Notes under the pieces: model-generated
The model's database searches: none
What the model was told of the DNA's origin: nothing
What the model saw: the letters and a program-made list of their open reading frames with translations, nothing else
From: Vicinamibacterales bacterium
Lineage (GTDB): Bacteria > Acidobacteriota > Vicinamibacteria > Vicinamibacterales > UBA8438
Direction: 5' to 3'
DNA length: 64,000 nt
Assembly (NCBI GenBank): GCA_965197375.1
Contig: CBDAMZ010000010.1
Location: 384,844-448,843 of the forward strand
Made by a program: the position numbers and the translations under genes
Part shown: piece by piece, positions 1 to 8,418 of the stretch
Position numbering within the stretch: the stretch's first letter is position 1
Layout: each line of letters starts with the position of its first letter

Positions 1-1
1 T

Positions 2-1486
2 GAAATGCGTGGGCGTTTAGTCGGCACGCCTGAGAATCGGCTCGCTGCCGCGTTCATTAGGTCGAGGTTCGAGCGGTCGGACCTCAAACCAGCAGCTGCT
101 GAGAATTACTTGATGCCGTTCGATTTGATCACTTCCACGCTAGGCACGAAAAACACCATGCACCTTCGCTCCGCGAGCGGCGACTGGGGAGCGCTTGAGA
201 TCGGCAGCGACTTCTACCCGGAACAGTTCAGTGGCACGGGAAGTGCCGAGGGGCCTGTCGTCTTCGTGGGCTTCGGCATCTCGGCACCGGCGCTGCGGCA
301 CGATGACTATGGCGATACTGACGTAGCCGGCAAAGTCGTCCTCATGCTGGATCACGAGCCAGGCGAGCTTGACGTGACGAGCCCATTCTACGGCGTCGTG
401 GCATCGGAGCACGGGCGCGCGCTCCGCAAAGCACTCGAGGCCCAACGGCGGGGCGCCGTGGCGGTGCTCATCGTATCCGACGTCCACAACCATGAAGTAC
501 AGAGGCCTTTACCAGACCTCATGGACACTGCGTGGGCCGCCGAGCCGCCGCGCATCCCGCGCTATCAATTAGCCGCCTGGGTCGACCAGCTTCGCATCCC
601 GGTCATGCGGATCTCACCCCCGCTCACTGAGCGGATCGCGACAGGCACCAAACTCGACATCCTGGCTCAGCACGCCGAGATTCCTGGTGGCCCGCCGCCG
701 ATGACCGCCGAGGACGTCGTTATCGAACTGACGGCATCGGTCAACCGCGAGCGCGTCACCCAATACAACGTCGTCGGGTTGATCGAGGGAAGCGATCCTA
801 CACTCAAGGACGAATGGATTATCCTCTGCGCGCACTTCGACCACCAGGGCGCGACCGATGCACGGATTTTTAACGGCGCCGACGACGACGCTTCAGGCGT
901 GGCCGGCCTAATTGAGATCGCAGAGGCCTATGCGCTGGCAGCGCGAGCGGGACACAGGCCCCGCCGGTCGATCTTGTTCGCCGCCTGGAATGCCGAGGAG
1001 CGCGGACTGCTCGGTGCCTGGGCATATACCGAGCACCCCCTCATCCCACTCGAGCAGACCGTGGCGGTCATCAATATGGACATGATCGGCCGGAACGAGG
1101 AGGTGCCGCCTGACGGCGGGCGCCGGTTCCGTGGGCTCGACCCGCAAACAGCCACCTCAAACCGCAACACCGTCAACATCCTCGGCTACAGCTACAGCCA
1201 GGACCTCCGCCGGGCAACGGAAGCAGCCAACGAGGGGATCGACCTGACACTCCGCTTCCGCTACGACAATAACCGCTCAAACTTGTTGCGCCGGAGCGAC
1301 CATTGGCCATTTCTCACACGCGGCGTCCCCGCCATCTTTATACACACAGGGTTGCATCCCGACTACCACACCGAGCACGACCGGCCGGAGAGGCTTAACT
1401 ACAACAAGATGGCGCGGATCGTCCAGCTGGTGCACCAACTAAGCTGGAACCTCACCCAGGACGACGGGCGGCCCGCGTTTGACTAG
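2..1486 (+). CDS. M28 family metallopeptidase with PA domain (5' end runs off the window)
   Basis: The reading frame is open from base 2, so the N-terminus and any signal peptide are missing. NGADDDASGVAGLIEIAEAY, AAWNAEERGLLG and NMDMIG are the zinc-ligand blocks of M28 aminopeptidases. A PA-like insert is present (GPVVFVGFGISAP..GKVVLMLDHEPG). Confidence 0.85.
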   Translation, partial: EMRGRLVGTPENRLAAAFIRSRFERSDLKPAAAENYLMPFDLITSTLGTKNTMHLRSASGDWGALEIGSDFYPEQFSGTGSAEGPVVFVGFGISAPALRHDDYGDTDVAGKVVLMLDHEPGELDVTSPFYGVVASEHGRALRKALEAQRRGAVAVLIVSDVHNHEVQRPLPDLMDTAWAAEPPRIPRYQLAAWVDQLRIPVMRISPPLTERIATGTKLDILAQHAEIPGGPPPMTAEDVVIELTASVNRERVTQYNVVGLIEGSDPTLKDEWIILCAHFDHQGATDARIFNGADDDASGVAGLIEIAEAYALAARAGHRPRRSILFAAWNAEERGLLGAWAYTEHPLIPLEQTVAVINMDMIGRNEEVPPDGGRRFRGLDPQTATSNRNTVNILGYSYSQDLRRATEAANEGIDLTLRFRYDNNRSNLLRRSDHWPFLTRGVPAIFIHTGLHPDYHTEHDRPERLNYNKMARIVQLVHQLSWNLTQDDGRPAFD

Positions 1487-1607
1487 CACAAGTAGGAAGT
1501 CGCGGCGGACGATGCCCAGCGAGCTAACTTTGGCACGTGGCCTATTAGCGTTGCATCATAATCCCCGTCCCCGTTGAGCCACCTACCTTTACTGCCCCTA
1601 TCGGTAA

Positions 1608-3044
1608 ATGAGTGTCCAGGATTTGGCCAACCTCGAACTCACACCCGCCCAAATGACTGCAATGGGCCTGGCAACGCTCGAACGCGCCATCGCTCACATC
1701 GCGAGCTTGCCCAAGCAGCCGATCTGCGGGGATGTGCGCGCCGAGAGGCTCTGCCGGTCGATGCGGGAGCCCGCCCCAGAGCAAGGCTCTGAGCTTGAAC
1801 CGCTACTCGACGCGCTTTTTAACGACTGGATCCCACGGTCGTTCAACCCGGGCGGCCCTGGCTACATGGCCTACATCCCGGGTGGCGGCCTCTTCCCGGC
1901 TGCACTGGCGGACCTAATCGCCGACGCGACGAACCGCTTTACCGGTATCTGGCAAGCCGCACCAGCGCTTGTGCAGCTCGAGGCGAACGTCCTCGACTGG
2001 TTCCGCGACTGGGTACAGTTTCCGCCAACCGCGAGCGGCGTGTTGACAACTGGTGGCTCAATGGCAACGTTCAACGCGATCGTGTGCGCGCGCGAGCAAT
2101 ACTTGGGCTCTGCTATTCGAACGGGGGTCGCGTACGTCTCGACCGAAGTCCATCATTGCGTGATCAAGTCGGCGAAGCTCGCGGGAATCCTGCCAGATCG
2201 GGTACGGCAGATTCCGGTCGACGCGCAGTTTCGGATGCGACCGGACCTCCTTAGCGAAGCCATCCATGTGGATCGCGAGGCGGGGCTAAAACCGTTTCTG
2301 ATCGTGGCATCGGCCGGGACGGTCAACACGGGCGCGGTGGATCCGCTCGACGCAATCGCCAAGATCGCCGCACGGGAACAGGTCTGGTATCACATCGACG
2401 GCGCGTACGGGGCATTCTTCTACATGTGCGAGGAGCTCCGCTCTTTACTCCGAGGGTTGGACCGAGCCGACTCGCTCACGCTCGATCCCCACAAGGGTCT
2501 GTTTTTGCCGTACGGAACGGGGGCGCTGCTCGTGCGTGACGGAACGGCCTTGCGGGCGGCACACGCAGCAACCGCAAGCTATCTACCGAAGGCACCAGAC
2601 GGCGAAGAATTCTATGACCCGAGCCAGCACGGCCCCGATCTGTCGCGCGGCTTTCCGGGCCTGCGGGTTTGGTTGTGCGTCAAGCTGTTCGGCACAGTCA
2701 GGCTCAGAGCGGCAATTGCGGAAAAGCGCCGGCTTGCGCTTACTGCCGCCGAGCGGATCGCGAAGATTCCTGGAATCGAGCTAGCAGCACCACCAGAGCT
2801 GTCGTTGTTCGCGTTTCGCCTCACTCAGCCCCGCTGGTCGATCGACAACGAGAACCGGGCGACACGGGAACTTCTGGAACGCGTCCGGGCACGCGGAAAA
2901 ATAATGATGACCGGCTGCACCATCGACGAGCGGTTCCTCGCGAGGATGTGCATCTTGAGCTTCCGCACGCGGCAGGAACCAGTCGACACCTGCGTTGAGC
3001 AGGTGACAGAAGAAACAGCGGCTATTCTCGGAGGCAGAGGTTGA
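1608..3044 (+). CDS. PLP-dependent decarboxylase, group II (aromatic amino acid/glutamate decarboxylase fold)
   Basis: 478-aa ORF. SLTLDPHKGLFLPYGTGALLV carries the D-P-H-K Schiff-base lysine block of group II decarboxylases. TTGGSMATFNAI and HIDGAYGAFF blocks are also present. Confidence 0.85.
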   Translation: MSVQDLANLELTPAQMTAMGLATLERAIAHIASLPKQPICGDVRAERLCRSMREPAPEQGSELEPLLDALFNDWIPRSFNPGGPGYMAYIPGGGLFPAALADLIADATNRFTGIWQAAPALVQLEANVLDWFRDWVQFPPTASGVLTTGGSMATFNAIVCAREQYLGSAIRTGVAYVSTEVHHCVIKSAKLAGILPDRVRQIPVDAQFRMRPDLLSEAIHVDREAGLKPFLIVASAGTVNTGAVDPLDAIAKIAAREQVWYHIDGAYGAFFYMCEELRSLLRGLDRADSLTLDPHKGLFLPYGTGALLVRDGTALRAAHAATASYLPKAPDGEEFYDPSQHGPDLSRGFPGLRVWLCVKLFGTVRLRAAIAEKRRLALTAAERIAKIPGIELAAPPELSLFAFRLTQPRWSIDNENRATRELLERVRARGKIMMTGCTIDERFLARMCILSFRTRQEPVDTCVEQVTEETAAILGGRG

Positions 3045-3084
3045 TCGTGGCGGACAAATCCAAACCGATGTGCCGGCACTTGAC

Positions 3085-3116
3085 GTCGCGGAGCCAACTG
3101 TCTGAGGTGCCGCGAC
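3085..3116. terminator. possible hairpin between convergent decarboxylase and aat genes
   Basis: gtcgcgg (3085-3091) pairs with ccgcgac (3110-3116) around an 18-nt loop. There is no clear U-tract. Confidence 0.25.
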
Positions 3117-3163
3117 ATTAGCACCGCCTTTCGCGAAAACGGTGATATTCGGCTGCCGGGCCT

Positions 3164-3808
3164 TCAAACGAATGCGCGCTCTACCTGCATACTTTCCGCC
3201 AACAGTTGGAGATACTGCTGGCGTGACACCTCGATCGCACCCAGTCGCTCCAAGTGCGGCGTGAGCCACTGAATGTCCAACAGGACATAGCGCCGCGCTT
3301 GCAACCGATCGACCAACGCACACAGGGCCACCTTCGACGCATTGGTCGCCCGGTGAAACATCGACTCACCAAAAAAGGCCCCGTGGAAGCTCACGCCGTA
3401 CAGCCCGCCGACGAGACGGTCATCCTGCCAAGCCTCGATGGAGTGGGCAAATCCCGCGTCGTGCAGCGCCTTATAACTCTCGATGATTTTAGCGTCGATC
3501 CAGTTGCCCGTGACGTCTGCGCGCGACGCGCAAGCGGTAATAACGTCACGAAAGGCACGGTCCACCGAGAGGTCGAAGTGAGCCTGCCGCAGCACCCGAC
3601 GAAGCCGGGCCGGCACGTGAAAACGGTCGAGTGGAATGATGCCACGCCGGTCCGGCGAGAACCATTGGATCTGCCCCCTGACGGCCATGGGAAAATGGCC
3701 GGTCCGGTACGCCGCGAGCAGCGTGCTAGTCGGGATCATGCAGCTCGTGGGCGCGTGTGTGGACACCAGGTCGACGCGGGCGGCGCGGTACCGCCAAGAG
3801 GACACCAC
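3164..3808 (-). CDS. aat: leucyl/phenylalanyl-tRNA--protein transferase
   Basis: LLAAYRTGHFPM, WFSPDRRGIIPL and HSIEAWQDDRLVGGLYGVSFHGAFFGESMFHRATNASKVAL parallel E. coli Aat (HSIEVWREDELVGGMYGV..FCGESMF). The true start may be the internal ATG at 3739. Confidence 0.9.
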   Translation of the reverse strand: MVSSWRYRAARVDLVSTHAPTSCMIPTSTLLAAYRTGHFPMAVRGQIQWFSPDRRGIIPLDRFHVPARLRRVLRQAHFDLSVDRAFRDVITACASRADVTGNWIDAKIIESYKALHDAGFAHSIEAWQDDRLVGGLYGVSFHGAFFGESMFHRATNASKVALCALVDRLQARRYVLLDIQWLTPHLERLGAIEVSRQQYLQLLAESMQVERAFV

Positions 3809-3865
3809 GGCTGTAGTATATATAGGTGTCCGACAAAGGAGGGCGCTGAAGGACAGCGCCTACTC

Positions 3866-4279
3866 GTGACTCGCCAAGCTTTGCCTACTGCGTACACATC
3901 GGAGGCAGTGACGCGCGGTGTTCGTGTCCACGTCACTGCACGGTACTCACCGGAGCACTCCCAGCCACTCCGCAACCAGTGGCGCTTCTTCTACACAGTG
4001 GCAATCTCGAACGAAGGAACCGAGACCGTCCAGCTCGTGAGCCGCCACTGGATCATCACCGATGCGTCAAACACCGTTGAAGAGGTCAAGGGACTTGGGG
4101 TGGTAGGACACCAGCCAACACTCGAGCCGGGAAAATCGTTCGAGTACACGTCCAGCTGTCCGCTTGCAACACCGTTCGGTTCGATGCGAGGCACCTACCA
4201 GATGGTGACCGCCAACGGCGAGCGTTTCGATGCCAAAATCGCTCCCTTCGCCCTGTCCGAGCCCTATACGATCCACTAA
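3866..4279 (+). CDS. apaG: ApaG (DUF525) protein
   Basis: Only the last 137 codons of the 341-aa ORF look real. FFYTVAISNEGTETVQLVSRHWIITDA..GLGVVGHQPTLEPGKSFEYTS..GSMRGTYQM matches ApaG (E. coli FAYTVTIRNLG..VQLLGRYWLITNG). The upstream part of that ORF is antisense to aat, so I chose the in-frame GTG at 3866. Confidence 0.85.
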   Translation: MTRQALPTAYTSEAVTRGVRVHVTARYSPEHSQPLRNQWRFFYTVAISNEGTETVQLVSRHWIITDASNTVEEVKGLGVVGHQPTLEPGKSFEYTSSCPLATPFGSMRGTYQMVTANGERFDAKIAPFALSEPYTIH

Positions 4280-5049
4280 CCTACCGGTGCCACGGTGATC
4301 CCAGCGGTTTCCAAGCCAGCCCGAAGCCTGGCCGCCAGGTTCGCGGCGCGTGCGGTATCGCCATGAATGCAGATCGTGTCGGCCACCAAGGTCACTCGCT
4401 CGCCGCTGATGGTGGCCACTGCCCCTTCGCGAACCATCCGGACCGCGCGGTCGACCACACGGGCCGGATCGTGCTCGAGCGCTCCCGGTTGCCCACGCGC
4501 GACGAGCGCGCCGCGCGCATCGTAGGCCCGGTCGGCGAAGACTTCTGATGCCACCACCAACCCGGCGGCCCGTCCGGCATCGAGCAGGCAGGAACCCGAC
4601 AGACCATACAGCACGAGCGAACGATCAAAGAGAGCAACCGCGCTCGCAATGACGTCGGCGAGTGCGCGGTCCCGCGCGGCCATATTGTAGAGCGCGCCGT
4701 GCGGCTTAACGTGATGAAGCCGACCACCCTCGGCGCGGACGATCCCAGCGAGCGCGCTGATCTGGAACAGCACGAAGTCCTCGACCTCGGCCGGCTTTGC
4801 CTTCAGCTCACGGCGGCCGAACCCGGCGAGGTCTGAAAAGCTGGGGTGGGCGCCGATCTCCACCTGCGCCCGCAGAGCCAGACGCACCGTCGCACGCATA
4901 ACCCGGGGGTCCCCAGCGTGAGCTCCGCACGCGATGTTCGCCGAGGTGATGTGGGGCATCACTTGCGCATCGTCCCCAATTGTGTACACGCCGAAAGACT
5001 CGCCGAGGTCACAGTTGAGGTCAACACGCACGCTATTACCCGCCGTCAA
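4276..5049 (-). CDS. pxpA: LamB/YcsF family protein (5-oxoprolinase subunit A, PxpA-like)
   Basis: VDLNCDLGESFG, ANIACGAHAGDP and HVKPHGALYN are the family blocks. Its 3' end overlaps the apaG 3' end by 4 nt (convergent). Confidence 0.85.
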   Translation of the reverse strand: MTAGNSVRVDLNCDLGESFGVYTIGDDAQVMPHITSANIACGAHAGDPRVMRATVRLALRAQVEIGAHPSFSDLAGFGRRELKAKPAEVEDFVLFQISALAGIVRAEGGRLHHVKPHGALYNMAARDRALADVIASAVALFDRSLVLYGLSGSCLLDAGRAAGLVVASEVFADRAYDARGALVARGQPGALEHDPARVVDRAVRMVREGAVATISGERVTLVADTICIHGDTARAANLAARLRAGLETAGITVAPVG

Positions 5050-5320
5050 TCGTCAGCCTCCGTCGTCCAGCGGACGGTCGAAGCCATTACAGGCCGGCAC
5101 AAAAGCGAGCGACACCCCATTACGGAGACCCCAGGCACCGCGGGCCAGGCTACCCAGAACTTTGCGTCTCAAAGCCGTTTTTTAGCCTCTGATGCCCGAT
5201 AAAACGGTAGAGGGGGTGCCGCCAGGTTCACGTAGAAAACAGGAAATCGTAGCGCCGAGATCGCAACAGCACAGCAACGTGAGTCACAGACATGTCACGA
5301 TTCCGTGAACGGGACCCCTA

Positions 5321-6457
5321 CTAGGACCCGATCCCTTCTGGATACTGCAGTGCCAGTCGTAGCTCGCGCGTCAGCGACTCCACCGTGGTCCCCGAGCGCT
5401 TCCAGGCCGCCTCGGTCTCGAAACGTAAGTTCCCGATACGCCGCCCCCACGGGGCAATGACCCGGCCGATGGCGCGGAAGTCGGTTCGATCGACGTGCTC
5501 TTGGTCAAGTCGACGCACGACCTCCGGCGCAACGCGGATAAAGGCCCGTAAAGCGGTAGCAGTCTTGATCGAGTACTTCCGGCCATTCCACGCTCCGACG
5601 AAGAGCTGAGCGATATGCTTGAAATAATTGACGAAAAACCGCTTCGCCTCGTCCCGGAATTCTCTCGCTCGGCGCTCACTGCCAAAGGTTCCGCTCACGA
5701 AGCATTTCTTAAGCTCATGCGCAAGCGCCGCTTGCGCCACTTTGCCTCGACCGATACCAAGCAATTTGATTTCGTCGTACAGAGGGGAATCACCCCGGTT
5801 GTTGAGAGACCGAATGACGTCATGAGCCGCCGCTAAATCGTCATCGCGATACAGCTGCCGCCCCGAGAGTGAGACGAGATGCGAGGCGTTTAAACGCGTG
5901 TGCTTCGCGTTGATGGTGACAAACATCTGCACCAGGTGATCCTCGGGTAGCTGATCGAAAATTACCGCCGGGACCGTGAATATCTGGCCGCCGAAGCTGT
6001 CTATGGCAGCGTGGAGAGCCAAAAGCCGGTGCTGCCCGTCGATCGCCCGCAGGATGCCCCCGCGCTCGGGCACCTTGAGGTAACCGAGATCGGACTCGGC
6101 GTCGAGCGGCACGAAACGGAGCGCCTCGTCACTAGAGATGATGACTGCGCCTGGAATCGACGGCAGGTCGTGCGCCTGGCGACATTGCTCGTAGTATTGA
6201 ACCAGTTCGTCGATCTTACGACGAATGATGTGCCGTTGATAGGCCTGCTCGTTGGACGCGAGGCGCCGCTCTAGGAGATCCCAGTTGACCCGGGAGACGG
6301 CGCGACGCCGCCGGCTGCCGCGGACGGGGGGCTGAGTCTGCTCGCCATAACTAAGCACCTCGAATCGGACCAGCTTGTCAATGTCGCTAGCCGTCAACGA
6401 AGCCTGATAGAAATGCACCCCGAACTGTTGCATCCGGATAGCAGCGACGCTGATCAT
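5321..6457 (-). CDS. DGQHR domain-containing protein (DndB/ParB-like nuclease superfamily)
   Basis: Contains the literal motif ILRAIDGQHRLLAL. The N-terminal block QFGVHFYQASLTASDIDKLV is typical of the family. I prefer the ATG at 6457, which follows GGGAGG by 12 nt. The longest ORF reaches 6568 and adds an R/D/S-rich leader with no Shine-Dalgarno (SD) sequence. Confidence 0.8.
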   Translation of the reverse strand: MISVAAIRMQQFGVHFYQASLTASDIDKLVRFEVLSYGEQTQPPVRGSRRRRAVSRVNWDLLERRLASNEQAYQRHIIRRKIDELVQYYEQCRQAHDLPSIPGAVIISSDEALRFVPLDAESDLGYLKVPERGGILRAIDGQHRLLALHAAIDSFGGQIFTVPAVIFDQLPEDHLVQMFVTINAKHTRLNASHLVSLSGRQLYRDDDLAAAHDVIRSLNNRGDSPLYDEIKLLGIGRGKVAQAALAHELKKCFVSGTFGSERRAREFRDEAKRFFVNYFKHIAQLFVGAWNGRKYSIKTATALRAFIRVAPEVVRRLDQEHVDRTDFRAIGRVIAPWGRRIGNLRFETEAAWKRSGTTVESLTRELRLALQYPEGIGS

Positions 6458-6695
6458 GGTTCGGTGGGACCTCCCTGCCCCACGTGCGAGTCGACCGGAC
6501 TCAGCGACTCGATACTGGCGGTCCTGATCGTCAGAGGAACGGTCGTCGCGTTCCTGTAGGACGCGCATAGTAACGGGTTACCGCATAGAATCTCAATGAG
6601 TTTTTCGGGTCAATTTTCGCTGCGTGTTCGCTGCAGCAACCAGCTCAAGCGCTGATCCATAACTGAATCCCATTCATTGCCAAGGAGTTAGGATA

Positions 6696-7208
6696 ATGAC
6701 CACACTGTCACCTCGCCGGATCGCTCTAGTGGCGAAGATCCTAAGGAGTGGCACGAAAAGCCGTTACACTGATCTGGCTGTGTTACGTCGTGTGAGCCTC
6801 GCGCTCGTGATGCCCCTGGCTGCGTCAGCGGCCGCTGGCGTGAGCGCTAGCTCGCAACGGGCGGAAGAGTTCGCTCTGTATGCCTGCGCTGCAAACACGA
6901 GTGCCGAGGTTAAAATCGCCGGCGTGATCCTGTGCGACGCCCAGCCAACGGATGCGCTTACCGAGCGGGCCGCGCGTGACCATCTCCAAATTCGCGACGG
7001 TACTCTGGTCGTCCAGGTCGACGAAGACGGTCCCTCCGATCTCGCCGGCCTCCAGGCTGGCGATGTCATCTATCGGGTTGGTGGCGTCGACGTGACCAAC
7101 GCCGAGGCGGCAGCTAAGAACCTGGCTAGTGTGCGGTCGACGGCCGACACGGTTGTCAACTTCCTCCGCGGCGGCCGCCCCTATCGGGTGAAGCTGCGAC
7201 GCGACTAG
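6696..7208 (+). CDS. small exported PDZ domain protein
   Basis: AAGGAG lies 8 nt upstream of the ATG. The N-terminal segment is hydrophobic. PDZ-like block: LAGLQAGDVIYRVGGVDVTNAEAA..VVNFLRGGRPYRVKL. Confidence 0.6.
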   Translation: MTTLSPRRIALVAKILRSGTKSRYTDLAVLRRVSLALVMPLAASAAAGVSASSQRAEEFALYACAANTSAEVKIAGVILCDAQPTDALTERAARDHLQIRDGTLVVQVDEDGPSDLAGLQAGDVIYRVGGVDVTNAEAAAKNLASVRSTADTVVNFLRGGRPYRVKLRRD

Positions 7209-7214
7209 GCAAGT

Positions 7215-8333
7215 GTGGTGTCCTGTCGTCTCTGGACGCTGGTGGTGCTTCTCGCGCTCCCAACCTCCGTTGCCACCCACCCCCTAACCTTTACCGAAGC
7301 CACGCTAACGATAACGACGGGCGGCACGTTCCAGGTCGACATGATCTGTGACCTGGACGCACTGGCCCTTGGCGTGCCCCAGGACACCGATGACACCGAG
7401 CTCGTCGCCGCCCTGCACGCGCTCTCCATGACCGAATTCGAGCGTCGCATCGACCGGCTGCAACAGCTGTTCAAGCGGCGGGTACGTGTCAGGTTCGACG
7501 GTGAGCCGGCACCGTTCGCCGTCGCGTTCCCCGATTACGGCACTCCGAGGGCCGACGAGGCGGAGATCCCGACCGTGCTTGGTCTGACCGCGCAATTGAC
7601 CGGGAACATCCCGGGCGGTGCTACGGCGGTGGAGTTCTTCGCGTCCCGTTCCTTTTCGAATACGCGTTTGACGATCGTCGACGAGTCACGGGGGATCGCG
7701 GTCCGGTCAGTGCTCGAATCAGGTGCGCGAAGCGACCCGTTCCGCCTGGCTGGGCCAGTTAAGCCGCCGACGCGCTTCCAGATCGCCCGGCAGTATCTCA
7801 GGATGGGAGTCATCCACATCGTTCCCCTTGGACTGGATCATGTCCTGTTCGTTCTCGGCCTGTTCCTCCTGAGCACCAAGCTTCGGCCGCTCGTCTGGCA
7901 AGTCACAGCCTTCACCGTCGCGCACGCGCTGACGTTGACACTTGCCACGCTCGGCGCGGTCGAGTTGTCACCGCGTGTCATCGAGCCGCTAATTGCACTG
8001 TCGGTTGCTTACATCGCGATCGAGAACATGTTGACGGATCGGTTAAATCCGTGGCGTCCAGTCGTCGTCTTCTCGTTCGGGCTGCTACACGGGCTCGGTT
8101 TCGCCAGCGTGCTACGTGATCTGGGGTTGCCTGAGGGTGAACAGCAGCTTGCGTTAGCCACGTTTAATCTTGGAATCGAAGTCGGTCAACTTGCGGTCAT
8201 CGTTACAGCATTCGCAACGCTCGGGTGGTTCAGCCACCGGGCCTGGTACCGCACTAGACTGGTGCTCCCGATCTCGGCCGCGATCGCGCTCGTCGGCATC
8301 GTATGGGCGGTCGCCCGAACCGGCGCGCAGTAG
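7215..8333 (+). CDS. HupE/UreJ-family membrane protein with an N-terminal periplasmic domain of about 190 aa
   Basis: Signal peptide MVSCRLWTLVVLLALPTSVATHP. The C-terminal half has HIVPLGLDHVLFVLGLFLL, AFTVAHALTLTLA, FGLLHGLGFA and NLGIEVGQL, which are characteristic of HupE/UreJ_2 type proteins. Confidence 0.7.
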   Translation: MVSCRLWTLVVLLALPTSVATHPLTFTEATLTITTGGTFQVDMICDLDALALGVPQDTDDTELVAALHALSMTEFERRIDRLQQLFKRRVRVRFDGEPAPFAVAFPDYGTPRADEAEIPTVLGLTAQLTGNIPGGATAVEFFASRSFSNTRLTIVDESRGIAVRSVLESGARSDPFRLAGPVKPPTRFQIARQYLRMGVIHIVPLGLDHVLFVLGLFLLSTKLRPLVWQVTAFTVAHALTLTLATLGAVELSPRVIEPLIALSVAYIAIENMLTDRLNPWRPVVVFSFGLLHGLGFASVLRDLGLPEGEQQLALATFNLGIEVGQLAVIVTAFATLGWFSHRAWYRTRLVLPISAAIALVGIVWAVARTGAQ

Positions 8334-8418
8334 CCACCACGCACCATGCTATGATTCGCTCTCAGAAAGTAACGGACACGCGCTTCAATCAACTTCCACT
8401 TCAGCGAGAGGTTGCCGG

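Noticed and set aside
3254-3865. N-terminal 204 codons of the 341-aa + strand ORF that ends as apaG.
   Set aside because: This part is antisense to the well-supported aat gene and has no ApaG similarity. ApaG proteins are about 125-140 aa, so the start was moved to the GTG at 3866.
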